DNA of 64,000 nt from Eledone cirrhosa (GCA_964016885.1 OZ024740.1:377766001-377830000), one strand, 5' to 3'; counted from the first letter of the stretch, positions 1-15,885 are shown. The notes: generated from the letters alone by a model not told the origin. Numbers and translations: made by a program.

Positions 1-664
1 AATGGAAATGAAGCAAAACGGGGTCGCTCAGTAGCTGTGTTAAAGTTACAATGTTAAGTTTCTTTTTTGGCTTAAAAACTGTAGTGTCTACTGTGCAGAC
101 TTGCATGTGGTGTTTTTGATTAATATTCCCTCAACCAACAATATGCCTTATGAAGTTAAGAAAACATAACGATAACCCGAATGTTATAACAAAAGAGGAT
201 GCTGGGGATAAAAACTGCACTGGTTATTTATTAACAAAGACTGAGAAAGCCAGCGTAATTGTTTACGTAAGACGCTCAATGTAAACAGAACAAAGGGAAA
301 TAACTGATAACTTACGCTCAAAAATCGATACATTATATTCGATTTCGTCACATAGGGTGGGTCAATTTGAAATTGTTTTTTTCCGATGTCTTCGCTAGGG
401 CTCAATGTACAAGTATAGCAATTTCGGTGCAATACCGTGAGAGATTCTAAGAGGAGATGTGTGCCAAAAATCGATAGACAGACAGACAACCACAGTTTTA
501 TATATATAGATAACAGTTCTAGTCCTGTAGAAGTCATTTTTATATATATATATACATATAAATACAGCGTGGGGTAGTCAACAATGACCTGGTCACTGTC
601 ACATGTATGACGAAACCTATAGTAGACAATACAATAAAAAATAAATGGCAAGTTCATGTGTGTG

Positions 665-735
<71 letters not shown>

Positions 736-2484
736 CATTTAACAGGACCCTATTAAATTGGAAATTGGACAAACCGGACGAAATCTAAATTTAAGAAAGT
801 GACTACTAATATTGATTTCTGCTTCGATATGTGTATCTGGGTAGGATAGGAGAGAGCTACACATTTGCAAAGAAAATGGGAGATTCATCAGAAATCTTTA
901 GTTCAGTGAATATCAGCATGGATCATATTAGAAAACCGATTTTACTGTCGTCCTTTATGAAATATTGAAACCGTTTTTCAAGACACCGCTACACATAAGG
1001 CAGCTGGTTTGTTATTATATATAGTGGGCGGGTAGTAAAATAGTAGGAAAATTACAAAACTAACGACCAAAGGCAAGTGGCATTTAACTAGTACATATAT
1101 TTATTATATACTTTTGCACAACTCTCTACGAAATATACCCGTTTTTCTTGCATTACACACTCCGCACTAACTTGCTTTTAGATTGATATAGCATTGCAAT
1201 TGATTCATCACTCATCTCCCTACTTTGTTCTGTTACTTATTCTGTTACTTTGTTCTGTTACTTATTCTGTTGGCTTCAAGAGAGATTGATAAAAAAAAAT
1301 CTAAAAAAGCGGAAAATAGTTTTGGATGTATACCACAATGCAACACATTGGTTTATTATTTGTACTCGCGTGTAAATAGATTAAGTCTCGGCTTTCAGAT
1401 TTTCTTGAAGTGTGAAACAATTTAATATATATAAGGAAGAAGGAGAGATTGATGCTGCTGATACCTAACTTCAATATCTGCAGGTCAATGCAAAAAACCT
1501 GGGCGAAGAAGAAATCGACATCTAAGGACAAAGTGGCGGCTTGTTAGTATGTAGATAAAATGTTCCTATTGATTAAATACGCAAACAATTTTAAAAGCTT
1601 TAATTAAAAACAAAATTATATTATTTGTGTGGGCTAGAAGCATTGACCGTATGAATCAATAGGGTTCAGAAAATATAGTGAAACAAATCGTAATGTGATG
1701 ATGAAACATTGACATAGATGAAGTAGTGGGGAGACATTCAGAACGAAAGCAATTTATTTACTGGCTTTCTTGTCTCAGCCGTTTGTTTAAGAGAGAAAGT
1801 TGTGATAAGATGGGTTAAGGTGTTAGCCTATTGATCAAATGGCACCGGTTTGTATCCTACTACGGGCCCTAGTGATGTACTGTGCTCCTGGCTCAATCTG
1901 ATTCGAAGTGACAAAGAGGGTAGCGAAAAGCAACCGATGGTTCGGCACTTACTGTGGCTTAACTCGCAGTAGTTACTCCGGGTGATCCTTAAGACATGTC
2001 TGATGATCCCGACTTTTTTCCCGATTGTATATCTAGAACTACATCATTATTTTCTTTAAGTGTGATATCAGAGAGGTTTAGATGATTCCTTCAGTTGTAA
2101 ATAGCTACAGCCATGTGGAATTGATGAATATTCATTGGTTTCCAGTGATGAATGTTATATCTTCAATGTGGAAAATCTATTCTCCGTAAAATAGGGAGAT
2201 TTGTCTCACATCAATATAAGACAATGAAAAACTGAAGATAAACACTGATCTCATTGATCGTTTTGTTTGTTTTTGTTTTTAATTTGTTCCACGTGAGAAT
2301 ACATTTATCAAACTGCTATTAGCAATGGAAGGTACAGGGTGTGTATATTATAAGTATTTCAGTGGCTTGCAATGCGGAGCTGAAATTCCGAGAATGCTAA
2401 AGCTTTAGTAATCATCACCTTTACAAAAGCATGCCACATATAGAAAACTTATACTGTGACAGATCCCGCACAAATTATATTAAA

Positions 2485-3075
2485 CTAGCTGGCCCCGTGC
2501 CGTCAACAATGACGGCTAATTGTAATACCTATACATAATATAAAAAAAGAGATGCTTATTTGTTTGTTCACTGGTTGGTTGGTTGGTTCCTTCACACTCA
2601 CTCACACAAGTGATACAAACGTACAAAAACACAGCTGTGACGAATCTTAGAACGCTGGACTTTCATAGTTTCCCACCCCTCCTTTCTCAGTCACCACAGA
2701 TGTGTGTGTGCATGTAATAATTTTATTTTTCTAAGTGTGTCTGTTTATATATATGTATGTGTAGATGAGTGTGTGCTTGTAGTTCTATTGTCTATGTATC
2801 GTTCTAAATAAACACACACAAACACATACACTCACACAAATATATATAAATATAATTTACACAAACACACATAACCATAACAACCAATGTGTGTAGCAAA
2901 TTCGCTATACATATTTACATACACAACTGTAGCGAAAGTTAAATGCTGCCACCCCATCCTTCCTCAGTCGACGTTATCACCCCTTCCTTCCTCATTCAAC
3001 GTCATCACCCCTTCCTTCCTCAGTCATCTCTAGTGTGTAATGGACAAATACACAAGGCTTTTATATATTAGTAGA
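2485..3075 (-). mobile_element. Non-autonomous Helitron
   Basis: Minus strand A|TCTACTAATATATAAAA ... hairpin GCCGTCA/TGACGGC ... CTAG|T. Confidence 0.8.
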
Positions 3076-4009
3076 TGAACTGCTAGTAAATACGCCAACA
3101 TTTCAAACTTATCGCCAACTATCAATACTTCCAACAACATTTTTCATAAATGTGTACGAAGAGAACTATTACAAATGCTAACGTCTGAAGAATTGTATTC
3201 ATTTAGATATCTTTGTCACAAACATAATGCAGATATAATTTCAAAGTTTTGTTAACCTTTTCTTTTCTTTCCTGTCGACAGCACTCAAATTAGTATCATT
3301 CTTGATGAGAATTTTTTAAAATAATAACGAGGTATTTGCGGAAATAATTTGCAGTAGGATTCGTGTGGAATATATCAATCTAGTCATGTATTATGAATCT
3401 TCACCTGATCCTGGTTGTTTTTACTCTTTAATCATTACATTATTGTTAATATAAATTTGAAAGTTTTAAATATATTTTGAATTGTCAGCATGTTTGTGAC
3501 TATCATAGATTTATGCTCTGTGCTATGTTCTGGTGTTTTTATTTCTGACTTTGGTGACAGTGATATTTTTATATTGATATGACAGCATTTCTTTTTTTTT
3601 TTCGTTTTCTTTTTTTTTTTCTTTTACAGTCAGAGCATAGAAATAGTTAAAAACTTGGTTGGATTGAAATGACATTTGGAAAGAACTCAATAGTTATCTT
3701 TCTTTTCATCTAAAAATATGACATAACATTCTTCCTAAAATGCTAATGATATATCTTATTCGCAACAAATTTCATATCGTTTTGTTGCTATAAACTCAAT
3801 GTCTATAAAATTCTAAAGAACTAATGAACTATACTGTAGGTAAGAAAAAAACTTATGTTAACAGTGGGTGAATAATGTTAGAATTCGATATGGATAAATC
3901 CCTCCATACAAGAGGTTATTCTTGGTTAGATTTTGAGTATTTTGTAAGTTAAGAGGTTGTTACACAGAATATATATATGTATGTATGTGTATATATAATA
4001 TACTATATA

Positions 4010-4087
<78 letters not shown>

Positions 4088-4090
<3 letters not shown>

Positions 4091-4197
4091 GGGCGAAGGG
4101 TCCGTGCATGCGTTATAGAATCTTGAGTTTATCAATTGCGTCGGTTGAAGCAAGCAGAATTTTGGCTGCTTACTAAAACGTATAGACACAAAAAAAG

Positions 4198-4242
<45 letters not shown>

Positions 4243-4515
4243 ATATACACAAACACACGACAGCTTTGGGGCAAGCAGAATTTTGACTGCTTACTAAAAC
4301 GTATAGACACAAAAAAAGATAACACACACACACACACACACATACACACAAACACACGACAGCTTTGGTGCAAGCAGAATTTTGATTGCTTACTAAAACG
4401 TATAGACACAAAAAAGATAACACACACACACACACATACACATACACACAAACACACGACAGCTTTGGGGCAAGCAGAATTTTGACTGCTTACTAAATCG
4501 TAGACACATAAAAAG

Positions 4516-4575
<60 letters not shown>

Positions 4576-4709
4576 ATAACACTACATGCGGCTTTGACCG
4601 GGAGGGTCATTTAGAGGGAATTGGGGGAGGAGGTAAGGCTGCACAGCCCCACTTTCCGCCATCGCGATTGGACTGCATGCCCTGCTTTCCAGGTTACCCT
4701 TCGCCACTG
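4088..4709. mobile_element. TIR element (hAT-like MITE) carrying a 4-unit minisatellite, inserted in (TA)n
   Basis: TIRs CAGGGGCGAAGGGT / ACCCTTCGCCACTG; units AAGCAGAATTTTG...AAGATAA(CA)n at 4152, 4273, 4372, 4472. Confidence 0.75.
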
Positions 4710-4971
4710 ATATATATATATATATATATATACTATAAGGATAAAAGAACAAGGATTCAGTGTTGCATCATAACATATTTAATAACATATTACATATGTT
4801 TCACTATCGATCATCTAGGCAAGACCTATTGTAGATCGAACCTGACTTTGTAATCGAAAGATTGTCATATATGCTTGCTATATGATATGATCTCGTCTTC
4901 GATTCTATGTGTGAAAAAAATAAAATATATATATATATATATACATATACACACACCAACAAATATATATA

Positions 4972-5004
<33 letters not shown>

Positions 5005-5099
5005 CAACCATAATTGTTAAATGCCCTATCAACAATGCAATTATATACCAACGCTATTCAGGAACTCAAACAGTATTGTGCCTATACCTAAACTCACTC

Positions 5100-6357
5100 T
5101 AACCTACTAAATACATACGACACTAGACATAAAGTAAAAAACAAAAACGAATCATGTCATTTAGAACTATACCCAAAACACACTTACATACATGACAATA
5201 ACAGTCATCAGGCTGCAGTCGTCATATTATATGCTTGATTGATAAACGCAACCACCACTACCCCGTTGCATAATTACCATTTCACCTACACAGTATCAGA
5301 AAACCCATCAACGAATAAGTACCGAATTCAAGCTATATTATGTCTACTCGACCCACTTTGTAATAAAATACAACTAACCTAACAGCAAGCATTCTCTTTG
5401 AAATAAACTATTCACTTTACTATTAAAATCAGAACCGATTCAATCAAAATCCATAAATTTTCTATTATCCAATCGATTCCGAAAACAACAACTCATTTAA
5501 CGAACAAATAAATCTAAGGAAAAGAATATCAAACCAGTACCCAAATAACTCTTGAACCATTAACTTAATTAGAAAACCTGGAATAAAATGAGGTAACAGA
5601 ATAAACTAATAAATAAGTAAAACTAAAATTCATAAATTCATACTAAACAACACAAATATGGAAGATATACACACATACATAATATGAAAGAGTACTGGTG
5701 GAATATTCCAGTCAAAACCCCAATAAAATGCAAGGATAACAGACTAGATATAATGATAAGGGACAGGGAAAAGAAGTCATGCGTAGTAGTGGAAGTTAGC
5801 TGCTCAGCAGATCCCATATAATATTAAAGATTAGCGAAAAGGAGAATATCTATGCAGAACTAATGAGGAATCTACAGATACTCCACCCTGACTATACCTT
5901 CAGATTTATGCCTGTGATTATTGTGGCACTGGGATATCTTAGTAACTGCTTCAGTAAAAATCTTGAGAAGCTGGGCTTCACAGAACCAGAAACAAAACAA
6001 AATTAGTTAGGAAATTACAAGTACAATCCATTGATGGAACAGTAAAAAATATGTAAAACATTCCAAAAATCCTGTATGTACACATGTACAGATACAAAAC
6101 ATATGCACATACACACATATAACTCAAAACATCCACATCCACACATACAATAACATCCATACCTGCACACACATGCATGCAGACATGCAGAAATATCTAC
6201 CTTGTTGATGTTGCGTAAATTCCAATGAGAGAGTCTTGTGTCTATGTTAGAAACCGACTCTTCTCTCTATTGGTAAAAATTTGTGAAATTATAAACCAGA
6301 AGACACCGACTCTCTCTCTCGCTATTGGTAAAAATTTGTGAAATTATAAAACCAGAA
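5100..6357 (+). mobile_element. R4/Dong-like non-LTR relic (REL endonuclease + 3' UTR)
   Basis: YWWNIPVKT...NRLDIMI...VVEVSC...EKENIYAEL...PVIIVALG; 3' end TGTGAAATTATAAAACCAGAA (duplicated) then (CATA)n; 5' limit approximate. Confidence 0.72.
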
Positions 6358-7740
6358 CATACATACATACAAATGACGGTCATTCTATGCCTTGTGAAGT
6401 TTATTGTCTTTACTCTTCAGGACAATGTCTCTTTCAACATACTTTTGGCCTATAAGAATACGAGGTACTGCATTTCATTCTTGAACATTAAATCTTCACA
6501 GATGTTCTCAGGGCGTTTGTCAACATCAGTCACTATCTTGAATTTCAATGAGGAAGTTGTTTCCAAGACAAATTTAAATCTATTTACTTAGCTGCTCTTT
6601 GAATATGTCATTTCTTATAGTTTGGGAATTAAATCAAGATAGTTCCCACATCATTGTTCAGCTTGCTTGTTCAAATCACCAACAAAATATAACTGGTTCT
6701 CTTCGCTCAAAATGGGAAGCAAAATATCAGATCAGTGGTGTACTGGCCTCCTTGATTTTGAAAGAGAGCAGGGACGATACTTCATGAATGATATTAGCTC
6801 CAAATAATGTCATGTGAAATTAACAGTTGTAAGTCCGAAAGTCTTAAAGGAAACGCTTGTGTTCAGGATATGTGTCTGTTAAGAACATTCTTAAGGGCTC
6901 TAGAGAATCTGATAACATTATCAGAAGGACTTTGTTACCTGAGCAGCACAATGTAGCAGTCTCTTTTCCGGATTTTCTGCTCTGTACATGCATAATTTTG
7001 ACATTGAATCAATAAAGGCAATCTTAACTGATTTGTAACCATAAGTTGGATCATAATTAAAATCTTGCCTGCTCCAATGTTTTAGGCAAATATTAATATT
7101 CTTTGGTGAACATGAGTTATCTTGTCTCCTTGAGGGCGTTGTTGCTGTTAAGGGTGGTGGATTGGTGGGAAGAATACTTGCAACAAGTGCATACAAGGCC
7201 ATATAGTGCTGTTAAGCCGAGTGGCGGATTATGTCTACCAGGCAACAGAGAGATTTCAACTCAGAACGCAAAAAAAATTACTGCAAGGTATCACGCCCGA
7301 CGCTCTAACAGTTTCTCCAATCTGGACAGGTACTGATATTGGTACTCCATTTTATCTAACTCGAAAGGATGAAATCATGATTTCCCTCGGTGGGATTTGA
7401 ACTCAGAACCCATAGGTATTTTCTCTATTCTCTAAAGAGTCTGTCAATTCTCTAACTACATTCACGGCCTTCATGTCAATTCTCTGCCTACAAACAATGT
7501 ATACAAATAGCACTGTTTGTATTTATAACAAAGATTATATGCAAGAGGGGTAATTGAAAAGGTGAAAGATGCATGAATACAAATGTCTATAGAGAAAAAA
7601 AATCATGAAAATGTAAAATGCAAATATATAAGAATATATATAAATGTTGAATGAATAAATAAATGTGCATAGGTGAAGACAAAAATACAAACATGAACAC
7701 GTGTGTGTGTGTTCATACGTACATACATACATACATACAT

Positions 7741-8821
<1,081 letters not shown>

Positions 8822-8870
8822 TTATCGAGTATGACCATTGCACGATATACCATTATTAATTATTATTATA

Positions 8871-9060
8871 GGGCGGTGGATTGGCAGTATCGGTAGAGGG
8901 TCGGACGCCATGCTTTCCAGCGTAGTTACGTCCCTTTACGATCTGAGTTCAAATCCCGCTGAGGTTGACTTTGCCTTTCATCCTTACGGGGTCGATAAAA
9001 TAAAGTACCAGTAATGCACTGGGTAATTGCTGGCCTTGTGCCTAAAGTAGAAACAATTAT
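8871..9060 (+). mobile_element. tRNA-derived SINE family 1 (Nin/Deu-like core); ~10 copies in window
   Basis: TGGCAGTATCGG (A box), GAGTTCAAATCC (B box), GCCTTTCATCC...GGGGTCGATAAAATAAAGTACC; also 11663-11839(-), 38640-38830(+), 39500-39590(-), 40845-41020(-), 44666-44855(+), 49710-49840(-), 52456-52644(-), 54885-55106(+), 56622-56796(-), 59073-59283(+). Confidence 0.85.
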
Positions 9061-9647
9061 TAATAATTATTAATTAATTCTATCGTGCAATGCCTGTGCG
9101 TGAAGATATTTTTTAAAGTGAGGAATGACTGTGCACTGAGCCAATCCCACTCACTGAGCGACAGTAGCTATAACCCGAAAAGAAGAAAAGATCAACATCA
9201 TCGGTAACTACCGAGCAGCAGGTTTTATATCGGAATTATCCCAGTTTCCTGAGTTGCCTTCTCCTAGAAGAATGCTCTGACAAAGGCTAGGGGTCCTTCA
9301 CTCCCAGTGGTTTAATCGCGCGATCGGATGTCCAGCCCGACTATTTCTATGTCCCCGCGCATATACACACACATGCACCCATGTATAAACACATATACAT
9401 ATACATACATATGTACATGTATATATACATATTTACACACTTTTGGATGGCCGTTGACTCTTATGAGTTCTTCCGCCCTTTGTCAGGTTTCGTTTTTTGT
9501 CCTGCAGGGTGTCCAAAATCACCCTCCTCACCAAGTAAACTTGGTGGGGTTGCCGGTTTCTTCGCCGACGACCCGACCATGCGACAGGTTGTACTGGGTT
9601 ACATGTTACCAGTAGCACTCAAGAGTGACCCGACATACATACATACA

Positions 9648-10229
9648 TGGTGGCTGCCAACTCGTTTTCGAGTACGGCCACTACTTTATATCCATGTAGG
9701 AGAACCCCTACTGATGCGCTAAACGAGTGTGACTTTTTAGTCCAGCCAGCGACTTGAAAACTCTGGTACAAACACTACACTTGTGACAATTATTGACACA
9801 TAGTGCTGGGCCCATGGTACCATGTGACGACAAGTGCAGAGAGAACTCCAGATATAAAGCAATGCTTGTGCCGTGAAGCTTTTATAGTGAGCAAAGGCAC
9901 TGCACAAAGCCAGTCCCACTCTCTTAACCAAGATGATATTTACCAAAAAGAAGAACAAGTCAACATCATTGGATACCATCAGAGTTGCAGGTGTTATATC
10001 AGAGTTTTCCTTCTCCTAGAGTTCTGCCTTGACAAAGGCTAAGGGGTCATCTCTCCCGGTGATTTTGGATGGCCATTGACTCTTAAGAGCTCCTTTGCTC
10101 TTTGACAGGTTTTGTTTTTAGTCCTGCAGGATGTCCAAAGTCACCCTCCTCACCAAGACACCTTGGTGGGGTTGCCAGTTTAGTCGCCAACGACCCGACC
10201 ATGAGACAGGTTGTACTGGGATACATGTA
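9648..10229 (-). mobile_element. Non-autonomous RTE-derived element; related copies 8806-9360, 9442-9630, 63532-64000
   Basis: Minus strand has RTE-like 5' UTR motif CTAGGAGAAGGAAAACTCTGA and terminal hairpin CTCG-AAAA-CGAG; near-identical to 63532-64000. Confidence 0.65.
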
Positions 10230-10310
10230 CATACATACATACATACATACATACATACATACATACATACATACATACATACATACATACATACATACAT
10301 ACACATACGT

Positions 10311-11859
10311 TATGATGTTAAAACCTGAAAAGTTCTAACCGGCCTGGAAATTACCACCTCAACATTGACATTGACCGCCTCTATCTGAAATGTAAACAAG
10401 GAGGCAGAGACTTTAATTCAATTCAAATAGCATTTGAACATCGCATACTATCACTCCGACATCTTCAAACCACAAAACATAGAAACCCATCTATAAAGCA
10501 TGTCTGTCTACATGAGTCGAATAATATCATAAGAGTTAGGAAAGACCTCCTTGGGAAATACTTGCTACATGATAACCAAAAGCTCACACCCAGATAAATT
10601 GCACAGCACTACCTCAACGAATTCATGGATGAAAAGCTGCATGCTTATCAGAAAAAAATCATCCATGGCTATATTGCCAGAAAGTGAGAGTAATATATAT
10701 GAGCAAAGTAGTCTATCCTATATCAATAATCGATATATTAGCTCTCCTTTTGAAGGATATTATTTTATAATCCAAAAACAAGAAATAACAACGAAATACC
10801 TGATGCACAAAAGAGATAGGGAGGCAGACAAAACATCTAGATGTGGCAACAGATGCAGACTCTGCGGAATAAACATCGAGGATGTCACCCAAATCCCGAT
10901 GCTATCTGCCTATGAGGCATTATGTAGTGACCAAAACACTATACAATGCAATCCGTTGACAGAATGGTCCTGAGAATAAAAATTAAAAAAGTTAGTGATG
11001 TCGAAAGCATATGCAAACATAATATGAAAGTACTGGTGAAATGTTTTAGTCTAAACCCCAATGAATTGAAAATTTAGGAGACCAGGCAGAGCGATATGGG
11101 ACAGAGAATAGCAGGCATGCACAGTAGAGGAAGTCATCTGCCCAGCAGATGTCAATATAAAAAAAATGAACATTTATGCTGAACTAATGAGGAATCTGCA
11201 GATACTCCACCCCGATTATACCTTTAGATGTGTACCTGTGTAGTTGGGACCCATGGATAAGTTACTAACTGCCTCAGTACAAATCTTGAGAAGCTAGGTT
11301 TCACACTACCAGAAAGGACACGGCTGATTAGAAAGTTGCAAGTACAGTCCATTAATGGAACTGTAAAAATATGTAAAATATTTCAGAAATTCAGCATGTA
11401 ATAACTGGATATACACATGTATAGATACAGAAACATATACACCTGTACACATATAACTGAAGACATACAAATTTACATATGCAATAACATCCATACCTGC
11501 ATACACACACATAGCTCACCACCACCCACCCACCCCCAGACACACACGTATAGACATACATACGTATTTACCTAGCTGATGCTTACTAAATTCTAATAAA
11601 AGAGTCTTGTTTCTCTTAGAAACCGTCTTTCTGTCTTTATTGGTGAAAATTTATAGAATAATCGTTTCTACTTTTGGCACAAGGCCAGCAATTACCCAGT
11701 GCATTACTGGTAATTTATTTTTATCGACCCCGTAAGTATGAAAGGCAAAGTTAACCTCGGCGGGATTTGAACTCAGAATGGGAAGGGTCGTAACTCTATG
11801 CGTCAAAGCATGGCGTCCGACTGTCTACCGATACTGCCAATAGAATAATGAAACCAGAA
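10311..11859 (+). mobile_element. 5'-truncated R4/Dong-like element
   Basis: IDRLYL...GGR, CRLCG..EDV zinc knuckle, REL region homologous to 5680-6060; ends AAACCAGAA(CATA)n; SINE 11663-11839 inserted with TSD ATAGAATAAT. Confidence 0.75.
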
Positions 11860-12020
11860 CATACATACATACATACATAGACCTACACATAAAGATCGCC
11901 ATCCATTCATCAATACATACATGCATGCACACACACGCACACACACGCACACGCACACACACACACGCACACACACATATATATATATAACAAAGAAAGT
12001 GTGGTAAGAAACCAAGTGGA

Positions 12021-12072
<52 letters not shown>

Positions 12073-12890
12073 GGGGTAACAGATTATTGTTATAGGTAGT
12101 CCACTTAAGTGTAGTCCAGTTATGGTACTCCGAGTAGTGGATGATATCAACGCTTGGCTAAGTTTGACTCAACAAGGCGTTTCCATAGTGATGCTGCGAG
12201 TACGCGGTAATTTCTATGTTGTAAACACTTGCAGTAATGATAAATCAGGAAAGAAGAGTGACACGGTTTGCTATACAAAAAAGGTTTTTAATCTCATTGC
12301 TGACAATTGTTTCTCTGAACTGGTAGGTCTAGAGATCGCTACCCGCTTGTTTTCACGTCATTCGATCACCAATACATAGTTGTAACCAGTCAATTCATCG
12401 GAGCTTGTGAGAATGAAAGGAATATACAGGCATGGCTACTATATATAGTAGTAATGGCATTCAATCAGAACAATAACAACAATACTAACAATGCTAGCAA
12501 TAAATTATTTGAAATAATCACAACATCAATCAAGGTGGGAAATATAGTATATCTACGATTTTAGCGTGTAAAACTAGCTGACATGAAGCAGATGTATAAA
12601 ATTGACATGTAAAAGCTGTCATGGGGTGTATTATATACAGTGTAAAGATAAGCCGGTAGCTTTAAACAATGTAGGTCTGGTGGCCGTAAGAATCATTTAT
12701 TATCTGACAGATGAAAAATTTATCACTGTAGTGAGGATAGTAATATTTGTGGTGTTAGGTTCAATATTTATGTGGTCTATATTAGATGAAAGGGTTGTCT
12801 AGCTTTCTCATCATCAATAACATACATGTACAAGACAACATTAACAGAGTAGCAATATAATAGGCAAGTTAATACAGAGGTTAAGGAGGC

Positions 12891-13074
12891 AATATATATA
12901 TATATGTGTGTGTATATATATGTATATATATGTATACATATATATATATATATATATGTGTGTATATATATGTATATATATGTATACATATATATATATA
13001 TATATGTGTATATATATGTATATATATGTATACATATATATATATATGTATATATATATATATGTATATATATG

Positions 13075-13152
<78 letters not shown>

Positions 13153-13240
13153 TATATATATATATATGTATATATATGTATATATGTATATATATATATA
13201 TATATGTATATATATGTATATGTATATATATATATGTATA

Positions 13241-13317
<77 letters not shown>

Positions 13318-13370
13318 GTATATATATATGTATATATATGTATATATGTATATATATATACATATGTATA

Positions 13371-13412
<42 letters not shown>

Positions 13413-13558
13413 GATATATATGTATATATATATGTATATATATGTATATATATGTATATATATATGTATATATATGTATATATATGTATATATATATGTA
13501 TATATATATGCATATATAAGTATATATATATGTATATATATGTATATATATATGTATA

Positions 13559-13599
<41 letters not shown>

Positions 13600-13746
13600 G
13601 TATATATATGTATATATATGTATATATGTATGTATATATATACATATATATATATATATGTATGTATATATATATATATGTATGTATATATATACATATA
13701 TATATATATATGTATGTATATATATACATATATATATATATATATG

Positions 13747-13779
<33 letters not shown>
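12891..13779. repeat. ~890-bp imperfect (TA)n/(TATG) microsatellite
   Basis: Directly visible; other long (TA)n tracts at 4005-4087, 15549-15885, 16449-16692, 17302-17552, 23891-24028; (TG)n at 657-734. Confidence 0.98.
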
Positions 13780-13809
13780 GGCATCTCGAATTAGTACCAT
13801 TGAACCACA

Positions 13810-15548
13810 AGTATCTTATAGAATACATTGATAGGAATTTCCATAACACACATAGCTCTACACGAAATCAAGGAATACGTACAGGGGGACTAAAATACAA
13901 GCGCACACACACAGTACTACCAGACATACTAATAATAGAAAATCGCCACTAAATAAATCACGTTGTAGAAAGTATATCTGGTACAATCCTATTTTTAATG
14001 CCTCGATTAGTACAAAACTATCTCTTTCATTCTTTAAGTTAATCAACAAACATTTCCCTAGTTCCCATAAATACAGCAAAATTCTGAACTCTAAAACTAT
14101 TAGACTATCATACTCCACGGCACCAAACCTTGAAGCATACATAAAAAAAACTTAATTTAAGGCAATTAAACAACTCTACAAAACAAAACATTTTAGTAAC
14201 AGATGGGCAGAACGTAATATCTGCCTCCCAACCACTAAATGGGAGACGGGTATTACACAATCCACCTGTACCGCTATCACAACCTATCCATGGTATACCC
14301 GCTACCCACAACAAAGAATGTAACTGCCATCTACCTGAAAGATGTCCATTGAAGAATGAATGCCTAAAGTCCAACATTGTTTACCAATGCACGGTTGAAT
14401 CGAACGACCAGAAATGGTATTATATCGGATCTACCACCACCTCGTTTAAATCTCGCTGGTACCGTCATCGATTCTCAATCAAACATCCTAATCACCGTTT
14501 TGTGACCACGCTCGCCAACAAGACCTGGCAACTCCGTGAACGCAACCAACAGTTCATCTTAAAATGGGATATACTTTCCAGCGCAAGTGCATATCGGAGT
14601 GAATTGAAAAACTGCAGGTTATGTAACCTTGAACTCTTTTACATATTAAAATCCAAAAACAAACTACTCAACGATAGAATTGAACGATCATTATACTGCA
14701 ACCACAAACTAAAAGCTAAATTCTCTCACTATAAAATAACTTAACATTCGAACACGTAACTATAACATCGCTTTCTAGCTAACCACCCTCTCTTCCCCTC
14801 ACACTACAAGACAATACACTGCTTATCACTATAAATGGTAACTCAGTGCAATTCACAGATTACTACTACAAACCCAAAGTTCACTCACCACATAAACTTC
14901 GTCTGTCCCCTCTCTACCTCTCTCTCTACATCCATTACACTCTCTCTCTCTCTCTCGCCTTTGGCCTACCTCCCTCTCCACATCTATGAACCTGCCCTCT
15001 GGGGCAATAAATAATTCCGACCTTAACTATCAACGCATCTCTCCAAAAGTAACCAGTATAATAAAACCCCTACCATAACATTTTGATTAAGATATCTACA
15101 AACCACTCTCTCCTACTTCTCCAACCCCTGCATATCTTTCTCTCTCTCTCCCTCTCCCCTACTTTTCTCTCTTCCTTTTCTACTCTATCTTCCCCCAACA
15201 ACCCCACTTAAGGGTATTTACATTGTACATTTTACCATTCTGCTCTGAGGATACAGTGGTCACAGCATTGGATATTTGAGTTCTGCAAATTCTTGTAAAT
15301 TTGCACATAGCATAACTAGGCTGTAGTACCACCGTGGAAACATTTGTAAGCACACGGAATAAATTACCTTTTTATGATGTCAACCTGTTATTATTCATTC
15401 TTTATATACACTCCGGAATACAGAAGGATCAGGAACTAAGTTTCTTCAACAATTCTTCCATAACTCGTAGAGTAACCTCTCACCGTACGTCAAGCATATC
15501 CAGTGTAGTAATTAACCATTACTACATCTTGGGTAATCCTATACCTAA
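13810..15548 (+). mobile_element. Penelope-like element B, 5'-truncated (linker + GIY-YIG + 3' pLTR with HHR)
   Basis: RKYIWYNPIFN...KTIRLSYS and CNCHLPERCPLKNEC are homologous to PLE-A; ORF 14349-14744 has IVYQC...WYYIGST, CRLCNLE, CNH; ends in (TA)n. Confidence 0.9.
15241..15352 (+). ncRNA. Type I hammerhead ribozyme in the PLE-B pLTR
   Basis: Helix I TGCT/AGCA; CTGAGGA 15245-51; helix II TACAGTGGT/ACCACCGTG with long structured loop; GAAA 15337-40; helix III ACATTTGT; GUA at 15346-48. Confidence 0.8.
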
Positions 15549-15561
15549 TATATATATATAT

Positions 15562-15726
<165 letters not shown>

Positions 15727-15755
15727 CATATATACATATATATATATAGAGAGAG

Positions 15756-15882
<127 letters not shown>

Positions 15883-15885
15883 TAT

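Noticed and set aside
2000-2050. CTGATGA at 2000 and CTGAAGA at 3185 as hammerhead cores
   Set aside because: No properly placed GAAA, helix III and NUH with a pairing helix I.
4152-4570. Repeat-spacer-like array resembling CRISPR
   Set aside because: The spacers are (CA)n variants, the context is eukaryotic, and no cas genes are present.
4783-4910. Minus-strand GAAACATATGTA with palindromic helix III between TA tracts
   Set aside because: No intact CUGANGA or helix I; possibly a decayed HHR but not supportable.
12777-13952. Long YIYIYI / CVCVCV / THTHTH ORFs here and throughout the ORF track
   Set aside because: Translations of (TA)n, (TG)n and (CA)n microsatellites; no coding signal.
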